NCBI GenBank assembly: GCA_964489015.1
Contig: CAZAXD010000001.1
Span: forward strand, 168,532 to 232,531
DNA: 64,000 nucleotides
Reading direction: 5' to 3'
DNA from: an uncultured Sphingobacterium sp.
Lineage (GTDB): Bacteria; Bacteroidota; Bacteroidia; SpSt-205
The notes below the pieces were generated by a model, which saw only the letters and a program-made list of their open reading frames with translations, searched no databases and was not told where the DNA came from. Within the stretch, counting starts at the first letter, position 1, and every line of letters begins with the position of its first letter. This document shows positions 20,264-30,070 of the stretch, one piece after another. The position numbers and the translations under genes were made by a program.

Positions 20264-20315
20264 ACGGGATCGCGCTGGCCGTGTCTCATGAAGAAGTGCC
20301 TGACCTCCTGACCGG

Positions 20316-22034
20316 TCAGAGTTGTACCCCAAATTCAAGCTGATCGTGTCGAAAGATAGCTCGGCGCTTAAGCAGAGGATAGGTGCTAGACTTCATCCAG
20401 TCATAGGTGGCCTTGAGCTTTTCCCAGAGAGCCAGATGCTCGGTCGGTATACCTAGCTTTAGATGGGCTTTTTCGGCGATCTGGGCTATGAGTGTATAAG
20501 AGGGGAGGCAATCGGGGATGAAAGCAGGATGGCGCCAGCGGTCCACCGGCTGGCCAGCCGCATCGAGTCGACTTTTAGATAGGTAAAACCAGTCCGTGGG
20601 TTTCATTTTTTGCCATTGTCGGGCGGGTTGGACCGTCTGAGCTAGACCATCTTCGTTGATAAAGGTGGCAAAGCTCTCGAGATGCGTCGCGGCGGGGAGC
20701 TGATACCAGAGCCGCTCCTGATATAGACTGTTTTGGTAAGTGTGGGCCACGATGCGCAAGGAAGAGGGGAGATGAGGCAGCAGCGCTGCTAAGGCTGTAT
20801 CATCTTCGACCCAGTATAGGATGGCATATTGGCTAGCCAGGCCAGCCAGCGCCTTGAGGTCGATGGGCTGAAAGCCGAGGGCCTGGGCTCCCTTGGCGTT
20901 GGGAGTCCGATCATCGCGCCGAAGGAGCTGGTCTCCCCAGCCCGGCTGAATATGCGGTACATAATGCAGTGGTGCTTCTGGGGACAAAGCATCCCGCAGC
21001 AGCTTGAGCGCATAAAGCGTTTCTACACTAGCATACGCTGACCCTACAAAAAGTATCCGGCCAGCTTCTGCTACGAGCGCTTTGGCAAGGTCTGCTAAGC
21101 CCTGAGTCCACTCTATCGGCTGACCATGCTGCCATAGCCCCGAGGTCCGGTTTTCGTTGTACTTGCGATAATCCAGCCGCCCTTCGTCACAGAGCCAGTA
21201 CTGATTGACCTGGAGATTTTTACGGGGGGTTAGCCGCATGACTAAGTTATCCCGGACCCAGGCCTGAGTATTGCAACCTTTAGCACAGCCGGTGCAGATC
21301 GAAGGCGTATAGTTCATTTCCCATACACGGGCCTTGAAGCGGTGATCGGCACTGGTCAGGGCACCCACTGGGCATATATCGACGGTATTAAGAGAGTACG
21401 GATCGTCAAAGGCCTGGCCAGGCGCCGTGGCGGGATAATTCTGGTTACCGCGTTGAATGATGGTGAGTTGGCGCGTCTGGGAGACCTCTTCGGTAAAGCG
21501 CACGCAGCGGGTACAGTTGATACAGCGCTCGGCATCGAGCACGACGCGCGGACCAAGTGGGATGCGTTTGGGCTTGTGTACTTTTTCGAGTTCGAAACGA
21601 GACCCTTCCGGGCCATACTTATAAGTCCAAATCTGAAGTGGACACTCGCCCGCTTGATCGCAAATGGGACAATCCAGCGGGTGATTGATGAGGATAAACT
21701 CCAGCACCCCCTGCTGCGTCTTTTGGATAAGGGGCGAGGAGCGGTGGGTGCGAACGTGGAGATCAGGCGTTAGGTCCGTGGTGCAAGAAGGGGTGGGTTT
21801 GGGGCCCCATTGAATGCGTAAGCTGCCATCTGCTTCTCGAAGGTATTCACCGGTGGAGCGGTCTTTCATGGGCAGCCCCGTTTCTACTAGACACATGCGG
21901 CAGTTGGCCGGAATGCTGAGAGCAGGGTGGTAGCAGAAGTAGGGTATATCTATCCCCTGTTCTAAGCAAAACTGAAGAAGCTTCATGGGACGCTCGTAGG
22001 TATAAGCCTGCCCATCAATGTAGACAGTTGGCAT
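20316..22034 (-). CDS. nuoG: NuoG-like iron-sulfur protein (NADH-quinone oxidoreductase 75-kDa subunit homolog) with truncated molybdopterin-type domain
   Basis: 2Fe-2S ferredoxin Cys pattern (C..C..C near the N-terminus). NADH-G 4Fe-4S motif HPLDCPICDQAGEC. 4Fe-4S motif CINCTRCVRF. Mo-pterin-domain 4Fe-4S motif CTGCAKGC. Start placed at MPTVYIDGQ. Confidence 0.7.
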   Translation of the reverse strand: MPTVYIDGQAYTYERPMKLLQFCLEQGIDIPYFCYHPALSIPANCRMCLVETGLPMKDRSTGEYLREADGSLRIQWGPKPTPSCTTDLTPDLHVRTHRSSPLIQKTQQGVLEFILINHPLDCPICDQAGECPLQIWTYKYGPEGSRFELEKVHKPKRIPLGPRVVLDAERCINCTRCVRFTEEVSQTRQLTIIQRGNQNYPATAPGQAFDDPYSLNTVDICPVGALTSADHRFKARVWEMNYTPSICTGCAKGCNTQAWVRDNLVMRLTPRKNLQVNQYWLCDEGRLDYRKYNENRTSGLWQHGQPIEWTQGLADLAKALVAEAGRILFVGSAYASVETLYALKLLRDALSPEAPLHYVPHIQPGWGDQLLRRDDRTPNAKGAQALGFQPIDLKALAGLASQYAILYWVEDDTALAALLPHLPSSLRIVAHTYQNSLYQERLWYQLPAATHLESFATFINEDGLAQTVQPARQWQKMKPTDWFYLSKSRLDAAGQPVDRWRHPAFIPDCLPSYTLIAQIAEKAHLKLGIPTEHLALWEKLKATYDWMKSSTYPLLKRRAIFRHDQLEFGVQL

Positions 22035-22062
22035 ACAGCAAAGAAACAAATAAGCCCCGATG

Positions 22063-22971
22063 CTAAAGTTGGGTTCTCTGGGCTAAGTGTGACCGGTAAA
22101 AGCTATAATTGATAGCAAAGCCCAATAGCAGCATCATGGAAAGCCAGTAAAAGAAGACCATCAGCGCAATGACCGCCGCAATGCTCCCGTAAAAGCGGCT
22201 GAAGTTGGCTACGGCTAAAAAGTACCAGGATAGCAGCTTGGTAACGACACCCATCAAAATGGTAGCGCTGATTGCACCCGGTGAGAGCCAGTAGGGCATC
22301 GATCGAAAGGGAAGAGCCGCCCGGTAAATCACCTCGATCGAGCTGGCCATGATAAGAAACAGAATTAGCCCCTTGAGTAGTCCTAAGAGCCACTCTGAGC
22401 CCGCGCTTAGCGGCCAATGCATCAGAGGCTGTATCAGAGCCGAAAGATGACTGTCCCGAATAAAAGCAAATAAGAGCCCAGAGGCTAGCACAAGCACAAT
22501 GAAAAATAAAAGCCCAAGAGCCTTGAGCCAGACGACCCAGAAAGGCTGCCACGGCACATCATCCTGATAAAAGGCCCGAAGGAGTGTCAGAACGCCCTGC
22601 CAGGCCGAGTACAGGGCTAAAATGAGAGAGGTCGATAGTAATGTGATATTTTGCCGCTGAAAGACCTCCTCAAATACAATGTCATGAATCAGTTGGTAGA
22701 GCATAGGCGGCAAAAGGGTGCCTAGCTCGCGCTCTAGTAGCTTCTCAAACTCGCTAAAGGATAGGTAGCTAATTAGCGTGGTCGCAAAGAGAAGGCCCGG
22801 GAAGAGGGCAAAGAAGAAGCTAAACGCCATGGCCCCGGCCTTTAGCGTAAAGGTAGGATGGGATACGATCTGCCAAAAGATAGTAGCGACGCTGCCTAGG
22901 GGGATACGTCGGTAGCCCGGTAGCCGAATGGCGCCTAAGCTATGAAGCAAGCTTTTGAGCCAAGGCCGCAT
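22063..22971 (-). CDS. YihY/BrkB family inner membrane protein
   Basis: Multi-pass membrane protein with the YihY-family pattern. Start moved to the internal Met (MRPWLKSLL) to remove the N-terminal extension overlapping the upstream gene. Confidence 0.6.
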   Translation of the reverse strand: MRPWLKSLLHSLGAIRLPGYRRIPLGSVATIFWQIVSHPTFTLKAGAMAFSFFFALFPGLLFATTLISYLSFSEFEKLLERELGTLLPPMLYQLIHDIVFEEVFQRQNITLLSTSLILALYSAWQGVLTLLRAFYQDDVPWQPFWVVWLKALGLLFFIVLVLASGLLFAFIRDSHLSALIQPLMHWPLSAGSEWLLGLLKGLILFLIMASSIEVIYRAALPFRSMPYWLSPGAISATILMGVVTKLLSWYFLAVANFSRFYGSIAAVIALMVFFYWLSMMLLLGFAINYSFYRSHLAQRTQL

Positions 22972-23392
22972 AAAAGGCCTCTGGTGGACGACAGGGCCGC
23001 CAAGTTTCCGCGCTGATGAAAATGAGCAGGACGCGCGCCTCAGCCAGAATCTCTTCGCCCCGGCATATGAGATGTTCGAAGGTGAACTTGGTGCCAGGTG
23101 GGGTGGGTAGCCAGGTGTAAATAAGGAGTTCGTCCTCGTAATAGGCAGGCCGATGGTAATCAATCGCAAAATGCCGCACGGGCAGCAACACCCCCAACTC
23201 CCGCTCTATGCGCGCATAGCTCAAACCTAAGTGCCGGATCCAGTCGGTGCGGGCTACTTCACAGTACTCGGCGTACCGACTATAGTATACGACGCCCATT
23301 TGGTCGGTTTCGCTATAACGCACCCGTAGGCGCGTCTGGTGTAGATAATGCTCGGGCCTCAGGGCCGCGAGCTTTTCTTGGAGGCTAACCAT
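22940..23392 (-). CDS. acyl-CoA thioesterase (YbgC/4HBT hotdog fold)
   Basis: 150 aa with hotdog-fold thioesterase motifs (..YSETDQMGVVYYSRYAEY..). Confidence 0.7.
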   Translation of the reverse strand: MVSLQEKLAALRPEHYLHQTRLRVRYSETDQMGVVYYSRYAEYCEVARTDWIRHLGLSYARIERELGVLLPVRHFAIDYHRPAYYEDELLIYTWLPTPPGTKFTFEHLICRGEEILAEARVLLIFISAETWRPCRPPEAFYAALAQKLAS

Positions 23393-24417
23393 CGACTTAA
23401 GGCTCTTTGATATGAACGCGCTTTCTGCATGTGCTCAGCGTACGATACAGAAAAATCATGATAACCAGAACCGTCAGGCCGTGCACAAAAGTATAAATAG
23501 TCGCTGGGAGTATAATCTAACACCGCGTCAATGCTCTCAGGTGAGGGGATGCCGATCGGTCCTGGGGGTAAGCCCAACCGCTTATAGGTATTATAAGGCG
23601 ATTCGACCGATGTGTGTCGACTGGTCACCCGACGGGCAGCAAAGTCTCCCGTCGCATAAATAACGGTGGGGTCCGCTTGGAGCGGCATTCCAAGCCGAAG
23701 CCGATTTAGGTACACCCCCGCAATGAGCGGTTTTTCGTTGCCTCGGCTTGTTTCCCACTCTACGATCGAGGCCAAAATCCCCACCTCGACTGGGGATAGC
23801 CCGATCGCTTCTGCTTTGCGCCGTCGTTCTGCCGTCCAAAAGCGTTCGTACCCCTCCTTGAGTCGATAAACCAGATTTTCCGGTGAGATGGTCCAGTATA
23901 CCTCATACAAATCGGGTATGAATAGCAAGAGCCAGGTTTCTTTCGTAAAGCCCACCGTTTCCCAGGCAAAGCTCGTGAAGAATAGACGCCAGGCTAGTGA
24001 ATCATAAGCCAGTTGCCGTCCGAGGTAGCGAGCCAGATAACCGGTGCTGCGCTGAGGCGCGATATACAGGCGAATGGGGGTCTGTAATCCATTCCGCAGT
24101 CGCCGATAAACGTGGTAAGCCTTCTCACCCGGCAGCAGTTCGTAATGGCCTGGCTTGGGCAGGGTGAATTGGGCCAGCCAATGCCAAACGGAGTACACAG
24201 GCAGTAGACGCTCTAAGCTATCGCGATAGGCACGTCTGCCCTGTACTGAAAGCGGGATTCGCCAGACACGTTTCTCTTCGAGCTGAACAGGCAGAATCAA
24301 TTGGGCCAAGCCTCCTACTAAGAGCAGCGCTATACCTAAGCCAGCCCAGCGTCCCCAACCTCTAAGTGATGGCTTCTTGTTGAGACGGGCGCGTCGGTTT
24401 TTCTTTTTCGATCGCAT
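23359..24417 (-). CDS. mltG: endolytic murein transglycosylase MltG (YceG family)
   Basis: 352 aa with N-terminal TM anchor and a YceG-like domain (..SIVEWETS..). Confidence 0.75.
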   Translation of the reverse strand: MRSKKKNRRARLNKKPSLRGWGRWAGLGIALLLVGGLAQLILPVQLEEKRVWRIPLSVQGRRAYRDSLERLLPVYSVWHWLAQFTLPKPGHYELLPGEKAYHVYRRLRNGLQTPIRLYIAPQRSTGYLARYLGRQLAYDSLAWRLFFTSFAWETVGFTKETWLLLFIPDLYEVYWTISPENLVYRLKEGYERFWTAERRRKAEAIGLSPVEVGILASIVEWETSRGNEKPLIAGVYLNRLRLGMPLQADPTVIYATGDFAARRVTSRHTSVESPYNTYKRLGLPPGPIGIPSPESIDAVLDYTPSDYLYFCARPDGSGYHDFSVSYAEHMQKARSYQRALSRWLASKKSSRP

Positions 24418-24988
24418 GCTGAATACGTCTTATGAGCACTCGTTTTTGTTCTAAAAACCACTTAGGCTTGTCTGGAGACTGGCCTAAGTGCGGGAAGCGC
24501 CGAAGCAGAAGCAGTTCGGCGATCTCCTCCAGGCTTAGGCTGGTGGGTGGTTTCGCAAAATAAGCCTGACTTGCGCCCCAAGCGCCCCATATCCGATCGC
24601 CCCAAGGCGCACCGGCCAGGTACAGATGCAGGAGCCGTTCTCGGCCCCACAAGGCTTCCAAGATCGCCCCCCACAGTTCGGCCCCTTTAGTGCCTTGGCG
24701 GGGTGGATAGAGAAGGGCTACCGCTGCTTGCGCCCGAGTAGAAAGCCGGGCGCAAGCCGTCGGGGACTCTAGGCCAATCCGAAAACCGTGGTAAAGGGCC
24801 GGTGGAATCTCGGCCTGCGACAGCCAGCGCCAACGCGGCGCCTCTCCCGCCAAGAAGCTCGTTACCACCGCAACCGGCACTAAAGGTAGCCAGCGAAAAG
24901 CCAATAAAAGCCCCCCCATCGCTAAGACCAGCACAAGCGCCAGTTCGAGGGTCTTTTGAATAAGCCACCGGATCGGCCACAAGAGCAT
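24362..24988 (-). CDS. divergent monofunctional peptidoglycan glycosyltransferase (GT51, MtgA-like)
   Basis: N-terminal TM. C-terminal region LLHLYLAGAPWGDRIWGAWGASQAYFAKPPTSLSLEEIAELLLL aligns with GT51 motif ILELYLNRIYFG.G.YG.EAA.Q.YFGK....LTL.EAALLAG. The GGSTITQQ motif is degenerate (ARLSTRAQ). Confidence 0.5.
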   Translation of the reverse strand: MLLWPIRWLIQKTLELALVLVLAMGGLLLAFRWLPLVPVAVVTSFLAGEAPRWRWLSQAEIPPALYHGFRIGLESPTACARLSTRAQAAVALLYPPRQGTKGAELWGAILEALWGRERLLHLYLAGAPWGDRIWGAWGASQAYFAKPPTSLSLEEIAELLLLRRFPHLGQSPDKPKWFLEQKRVLIRRIQHAIEKEKPTRPSQQEAIT

Positions 24989-25707
24989 TAGCCCAGGCGT
25001 AGCTGTTCAAACTGCTTGCGGTAGAATTCGTTGATAACTTGGACGACTTCGGGGGCTGTGTCGACGAGCTCAAATAAAAACATGTCCTCAGGGGAGACAT
25101 ACTGCCACTCTTCCAGCAGGGTGTGCCTAATCCACTCAACGAGAGGCTCCCAAAACGTTCGCCCCACCATTACGACGGGAAAGCGCTCAATCTTTCGGGT
25201 CTGAATCAGCGTAAGCGCTTCAAAGAGCTCATCCATCGTCCCAAAGCCGCCCGGCAATACCACAAAAGCCTGGGCATACTTCACAAACATCACCTTCCGC
25301 ACAAAAAAGTAGTCGAAGTTGATGAGTAGCTCAGGGTCTACGTAAGGGTTGGGGTGCTGCTCAAAGGGTAAGAGAATATTGAGCCCGACGGAGTAGCCCC
25401 CGAGTTCTTTGGCGCCTTTGTTGGCGGCCTCCATGATGCCAGGTCCGCCGCCGGTGATGATCCCATAGCCGTTCTCTACGAGGTGGCGGGCCACCTGTAC
25501 CGCTAATTCGTAGTGCGGGGAACCGGGCTTGCTGCGTGCCGAACCGAAAATCGAGACACAAGGACCGATTTGAGAAAGCGTTTCGAAACCATCGACAAAT
25601 TCAGCTATGATCCGAAAGATCTGCCAAGTATCGCTGACCCTTCGCTCTCGAAGATCCCGTGTTTTGTTGAAGAAGTTTTTGGGTAGTCCATTAGCTGGTG
25701 GCATCAT
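24988..25707 (-). CDS. LOG family protein (TIGR00730, cytokinin riboside 5'-monophosphate phosphoribohydrolase-like)
   Basis: Motifs ..VSIFGSAR.. and GGGPGIMEAANKGA.. and ..PGGFGTMDE... The N-terminal extension makes the start uncertain (alternative 25770). Confidence 0.7.
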   Translation of the reverse strand: MMPPANGLPKNFFNKTRDLRERRVSDTWQIFRIIAEFVDGFETLSQIGPCVSIFGSARSKPGSPHYELAVQVARHLVENGYGIITGGGPGIMEAANKGAKELGGYSVGLNILLPFEQHPNPYVDPELLINFDYFFVRKVMFVKYAQAFVVLPGGFGTMDELFEALTLIQTRKIERFPVVMVGRTFWEPLVEWIRHTLLEEWQYVSPEDMFLFELVDTAPEVVQVINEFYRKQFEQLRLG

Positions 25708-25733
25708 AGCTAGGCGAATATACGAAATCGCGT

Positions 25734-26306
25734 TTAGAGGGCTTTTTGCCAGTGGATCGCTTCGTTCCAAAAGGCTGTTAGCAAGGGCTCCAGGGCCGGG
25801 TGGTGCTGCTCGAGCGTCCGCTGTATCACGCTCGCTTCTAAAGGAATGCGGCGCCGTTCTGCAAACCGCTCTATGTGCTGCAGCATTCCCGCATAACTCG
25901 CAAAGGCATGGAGCAAATCAGAACTTACCAGCGCATGAAAGAACGCCTGCCAACTAGGAGGGCCGTACGCTTCATAAGTGTGGACGGTCTGGCGTAGCTC
26001 TTGTATAAATTCTTCTAGGGGTTGCTTTTGCCAGCGAGTCCAGTTTTCGCCGAGGACACTGTCGAGCCATAAGTCGACAAAGATGCCGGCGTAGCGTCCC
26101 AAGGGCTCGCGAAGCATGGCTCGTGCCTCTAAGAAGGCGGGATGGTGATCGGTCTTCCAGTCGATTTCGCGATGAAACGCCACACCAGCGCGGATGAGTG
26201 GGGGCAGGAGAGCCTCCCTGGCCGCGCGTACCCCATCTGCGATGAGTGCCCCAAATCGAAAGGGGGGCGGTGCTAGCGCCAAGGCCGTGTGTCCCAAGTG
26301 GTGCAT
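25734..26306 (-). CDS. acpH: acyl carrier protein phosphodiesterase
   Basis: 190 aa. N-terminus MHHLGHTALA....ADGVRA resembles the AcpH start (MNFLAHLHLA...DFVRG). Confidence 0.5.
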   Translation of the reverse strand: MHHLGHTALALAPPPFRFGALIADGVRAAREALLPPLIRAGVAFHREIDWKTDHHPAFLEARAMLREPLGRYAGIFVDLWLDSVLGENWTRWQKQPLEEFIQELRQTVHTYEAYGPPSWQAFFHALVSSDLLHAFASYAGMLQHIERFAERRRIPLEASVIQRTLEQHHPALEPLLTAFWNEAIHWQKAL

Positions 26307-27115
26307 TAGAGGCGCCCCAGCCTTTCAAGGGCCTCGCGCAAGCTGCCCGTTTCTCTAAGCAAAGCTACCGCTTCCGCTTCAGATAGGCCCCCTAGCTCCA
26401 TGAGGTAGCGAGTCGCGCGCTGCTGGAGCTTCCGATTTACTAGCTGTAAATCTATCATGCGAGTCCCCTTCACACGACCCAAACGGATAAAAATAGCCGT
26501 GGAGATCATATTTAGCACGAGCTTCGTGGCGGTGCCGGCTTTGAGCCGCGTGCTTCCTGTGATAAACTCCGGTCCTGTCACGACCACGATGGGATGCGCC
26601 ACGCTGTGAATGAGAGGCGCCTCCGGATTCGCACAAAATCCGCCAGTCAGCGCACCGAGGCTGTGCGCGTAGCGAGCGCCTGCCAAAGCATAAGGTGTAC
26701 GACCACTAGCACTAATGACAAACACGACATCCTTGTCAGTCAGGTGGATAGCGGAAAGGTCGCAGACCGCTGCCTCTTCATTGTCTTCGGCGGCTTCGAT
26801 GGGGCCCTTCAGGGCATTAGGCCCTCCTGCAATAAGGCCGATGACCTTACCAGGAGGGACACCGAAGGTGGGGGGGCATTCTGCCGCATCGAGTACGCCT
26901 AGGCGGCCGCTTGTTCCGCTTCCCATGTAGATGAGACGTCCTTCGCCTTGCAAGCGCGCCGCAGCTGCCTCTACAAAAGCGGTGAGAGCGGGTAACGCCT
27001 GCTGAACCGCTCGGGGGACCGTAGCGTCTTCCGCGTTCATGGCTTCTAGGAGCGCCTGGACTTCCCAGCGCTCCAAGTCCTGATAAGGGGGGTCCGCTTC
27101 GGTGAGCCAGCTCAT
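26306..27115 (-). CDS. murQ: N-acetylmuramic acid 6-phosphate etherase
   Basis: SIS domain with MurQ motifs (..RLIYMGSGTSGRLGVLDAAECPPTFG..). 269 aa. Confidence 0.85.
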   Translation of the reverse strand: MSWLTEADPPYQDLERWEVQALLEAMNAEDATVPRAVQQALPALTAFVEAAAARLQGEGRLIYMGSGTSGRLGVLDAAECPPTFGVPPGKVIGLIAGGPNALKGPIEAAEDNEEAAVCDLSAIHLTDKDVVFVISASGRTPYALAGARYAHSLGALTGGFCANPEAPLIHSVAHPIVVVTGPEFITGSTRLKAGTATKLVLNMISTAIFIRLGRVKGTRMIDLQLVNRKLQQRATRYLMELGGLSEAEAVALLRETGSLREALERLGRL

Positions 27116-28896
27116 AGCGGGCTGATCTCGTAAGCCCGCCGCTGCGCGCGGGCTTCGTAGTACGCTAAAAAGGTACGGTTCACCTGACGGTAACCACCTG
27201 GTGTAGGGTAGTGCCCCGTGAAGTACCAGGTGCCCTCATGCCGGCTAAAGGCTTTGGGTAGGTGCTCCACCGGCTGGAATAGGATTTCTAACGGACAGCT
27301 AAGCTGCGGTGGTCGTACGAGCTCTGCGATCTTGGCGGCGATCTGCTCTTCTGTGAAAGGCGCATATAAGGCCCGTACGAAGTTGGTAGTCGTAAATGCC
27401 TCTGTGCCTTCTGCAGCTTTGCACAGGGCATAAGTCTGATCTAAGAGGGCGGTCTGCCCTGTCTCACGCAGAAGGGCGATCGCCGCTTGAAAAGCCACAA
27501 GCTCGCCCAGAGAGGCCATGTCAATCCCATAAAAGTCGGGATAGCGGATCTGCGGAGCTGCCGAAACAAAGACGATACGAGCGGGCTGCAGACGGCCTAA
27601 AGTGGGCAGCAAGGTTCGCCGCAAGGTGGTTCCTCGTACGATCGAATCATCTAAGCAAACGACTGTGTCTGTAGGCGAGACCAAGCCCATCACCACGTCA
27701 TACGTATGCCGCGAAAGCGTTTCTCGTAAATCGGGTGAAGCAATGAAGGTGCGGCCTTCGGTGTCTTTCCAGATAAGCTTTTCAGCTCGGATGGGCTGGT
27801 CTGGTACTAGCTCGCGAAGCTCCCGAATAAGCCCGAGGAATGCAGTCTCAGAGGTATTGGGGACGTAGGTAAAGATCACTTGGCTCGGGTCCACTCGGCG
27901 CAGGATGGCAGGGGCAAGCAGTCCCCCTAAGCGCTGCCTTTCACTGTAGATATGGGGCGAGTTGCCCCGGGAGAAGTAAATGCGCTCAAAGACGCAGCGG
28001 GTGGGCTTCGCAGCCGGCTCTGTGAAAGGCGCCACTTCCCAAGCCCCGTTGGGACTCACGGCAAGGGCATGACCCGGGGGCAATTCCTGAACGGCGCTGG
28101 GCATCACCTCAAAGACATTATGTAAGGCAGCGGCTTCCGAAGCGGCCGCTAAACAGGTGTCTGTCGCTAAGTAGTAAACTGGCCGGATGCCCCACGGATC
28201 CCGCATGACAAACCCCCATCCTGTCCCCAAAAAACCTGCAATGACATAACCGCCATCCCATCGGCGGGCGGCCCGACCCAGCCACGCCAAAAGCGGAAAG
28301 CGCTCCTTGATGTAAGTCGTAGCCTCGGGCTTGGAGTACCCCTCGGCCTTGGCTTCATGGTAAAGCGCTTCGACATACTCATCCAAAAAATGGCCCATCC
28401 GCTCTAAAATGGTGTACGTGTCACTCGCATAAAGGGGATGCTGCCCTAGCGCCACTAAGCGCTCGAATAGCTCATCGGCATTGGTGAGGTTAAAATTGCC
28501 CGCTATCGCTAGCGAGCGGGCCGGCCAGCTGCTTTGGCGGATGACAGGATGCGTCTCCTCTAAGGTGTAGCCACCGAAGGTACCATAGCGTAGGTGGGCC
28601 AGGTAACCCGTGCCTGCAAAAGGAAACGCATCTGGCGGCTGACCCTCTGCTTGCCACTTTTCCCAGGCCTCCCAAATCTCCTGGGATAGGAAGCGCCAGG
28701 GCGGGGTAGGGGCGATCTTGCGGATACGGTGAAAGTAGGGCTGTCCATGAGGAACGTCGCCTTTATAACACAATAGACCGGCTCCGTCTTGGCCGCGATT
28801 ACGCTGTTTGTGCAGGAGGAGAAGGGCTTGCTTGAGACCCCAGATGGGAGACGACGGCACCGGCTGTAGAAGCCTCAGCCACACTAAGCCGCACAT
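27112..28896 (-). CDS. purF: amidophosphoribosyltransferase (long Bacteroidota-type form)
   Basis: Start placed at Met preceding the Cys nucleophile (MCGLV..). PRTase motif VVCLDDSIVRGTT. About 594 aa. Confidence 0.8.
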   Translation of the reverse strand: MCGLVWLRLLQPVPSSPIWGLKQALLLLHKQRNRGQDGAGLLCYKGDVPHGQPYFHRIRKIAPTPPWRFLSQEIWEAWEKWQAEGQPPDAFPFAGTGYLAHLRYGTFGGYTLEETHPVIRQSSWPARSLAIAGNFNLTNADELFERLVALGQHPLYASDTYTILERMGHFLDEYVEALYHEAKAEGYSKPEATTYIKERFPLLAWLGRAARRWDGGYVIAGFLGTGWGFVMRDPWGIRPVYYLATDTCLAAASEAAALHNVFEVMPSAVQELPPGHALAVSPNGAWEVAPFTEPAAKPTRCVFERIYFSRGNSPHIYSERQRLGGLLAPAILRRVDPSQVIFTYVPNTSETAFLGLIRELRELVPDQPIRAEKLIWKDTEGRTFIASPDLRETLSRHTYDVVMGLVSPTDTVVCLDDSIVRGTTLRRTLLPTLGRLQPARIVFVSAAPQIRYPDFYGIDMASLGELVAFQAAIALLRETGQTALLDQTYALCKAAEGTEAFTTTNFVRALYAPFTEEQIAAKIAELVRPPQLSCPLEILFQPVEHLPKAFSRHEGTWYFTGHYPTPGGYRQVNRTFLAYYEARAQRRAYEISPL

Positions 28897-30070
28897 GTGA
28901 AGCAAAGGTAACAATCTTTTGCAGCATTTGAGCCGCCAGCTGCCCTCGGTCAAAATACTTTTCCGCTAGAAGGCGAGCTCGAGCTTGAGCAGCCCGCCAT
29001 CCTCCTCGATCCCAGTAATACTCTAAAATCGCCTGTGCAAACGCCGCTGGATTTGTCGCCGAAAAGCCGCAAGCCCATCGCTCAAGACACACCTTCTGCC
29101 AGCCGCCGTAGTTGATGCCGACGACAAGCCCAGCCGCCAAGTAATTATAAAACTTAGAGGCGCTATTACTGGCTAAGATAGGGATAGGCCGCACAGTCGA
29201 TACACCGATGTGACAATCGTGGAGAAACCAGCTGAGTTCGGCTGGCGGCAGCGGCGGATGCAAGTGAACATTAGGAAGAAGTTGTGCCTTGGCCGCAATG
29301 ACGGCCTGCTCATAACCATCTCCCACGAGCCAAAATTGGATACCGGCCCAGTCCCGTAGAGCATGCGCTACCTCCAGGATAAAGCCCACGCCATTTACCC
29401 GGCCAAAGGTGCCAGCGTATACGACCCGAAATGGCAAAAAAGCAGGAACTCGGCGCCTTCGAAAAATATCCAAGCGCGTGCCGTTATAAGATAACACCGT
29501 GTTACTGGTGGGAACGACTTCTCGCAAGGCTTGTGCAATGTCTGGGGAATAAGCGGCCAAAAAGTCCGCACGCGCATAGGCCCAGCGAAAAAGGTGTCGA
29601 ATCGGCTTCCAGAAGAGCCTTGGAAAGATACGCAGACCCTCTAAGACCTGTGGCCACGCATCGGTAACCTCCACAGCGTAAGGCTTTTTGTAGCACCAGC
29701 GCCACAGCGCCGCAAGCCACAGGCTGACCGGTGGTGGGGAAACTACGACTACGTACAGGGGCACGTGGCGCATTCTATGCAAAATATACAGGCTAAATAA
29801 GCTAAAACGTACAAGGTCGCCTATCCTTCTATAAAGAGATTGGTACTGGTGATAGGGGGTAGGGAGGGCCAAGATGGCTATCCCTTCCGGTGTGCGAAAG
29901 ACGCGGCGTCTGCTAAGCCGAGCTCGCAGCGCTTGGGGAAAGTAAGTGCTGCTGGTAAGCACCCAGACTTGATACCCTCGTCGCTTCCAGTACGTCGTAA
30001 AATCTAAACCGCGTGTGTCGCCCCAGCCGCCTGGCGGCGTAAAAAAGTAACGCCAGTATAGAAGCCTCAC
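28799..30070 (-). CDS. glycosyltransferase family 4 protein
   Basis: 423 aa with GT-B fold and a GT4-like C-terminal domain. Its 3' end overlaps the purF start. Confidence 0.6.
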   Translation of the reverse strand: MRLLYWRYFFTPPGGWGDTRGLDFTTYWKRRGYQVWVLTSSTYFPQALRARLSRRRVFRTPEGIAILALPTPYHQYQSLYRRIGDLVRFSLFSLYILHRMRHVPLYVVVVSPPPVSLWLAALWRWCYKKPYAVEVTDAWPQVLEGLRIFPRLFWKPIRHLFRWAYARADFLAAYSPDIAQALREVVPTSNTVLSYNGTRLDIFRRRRVPAFLPFRVVYAGTFGRVNGVGFILEVAHALRDWAGIQFWLVGDGYEQAVIAAKAQLLPNVHLHPPLPPAELSWFLHDCHIGVSTVRPIPILASNSASKFYNYLAAGLVVGINYGGWQKVCLERWACGFSATNPAAFAQAILEYYWDRGGWRAAQARARLLAEKYFDRGQLAAQMLQKIVTFASHVRLSVAEASTAGAVVSHLGSQASPSPPAQTA

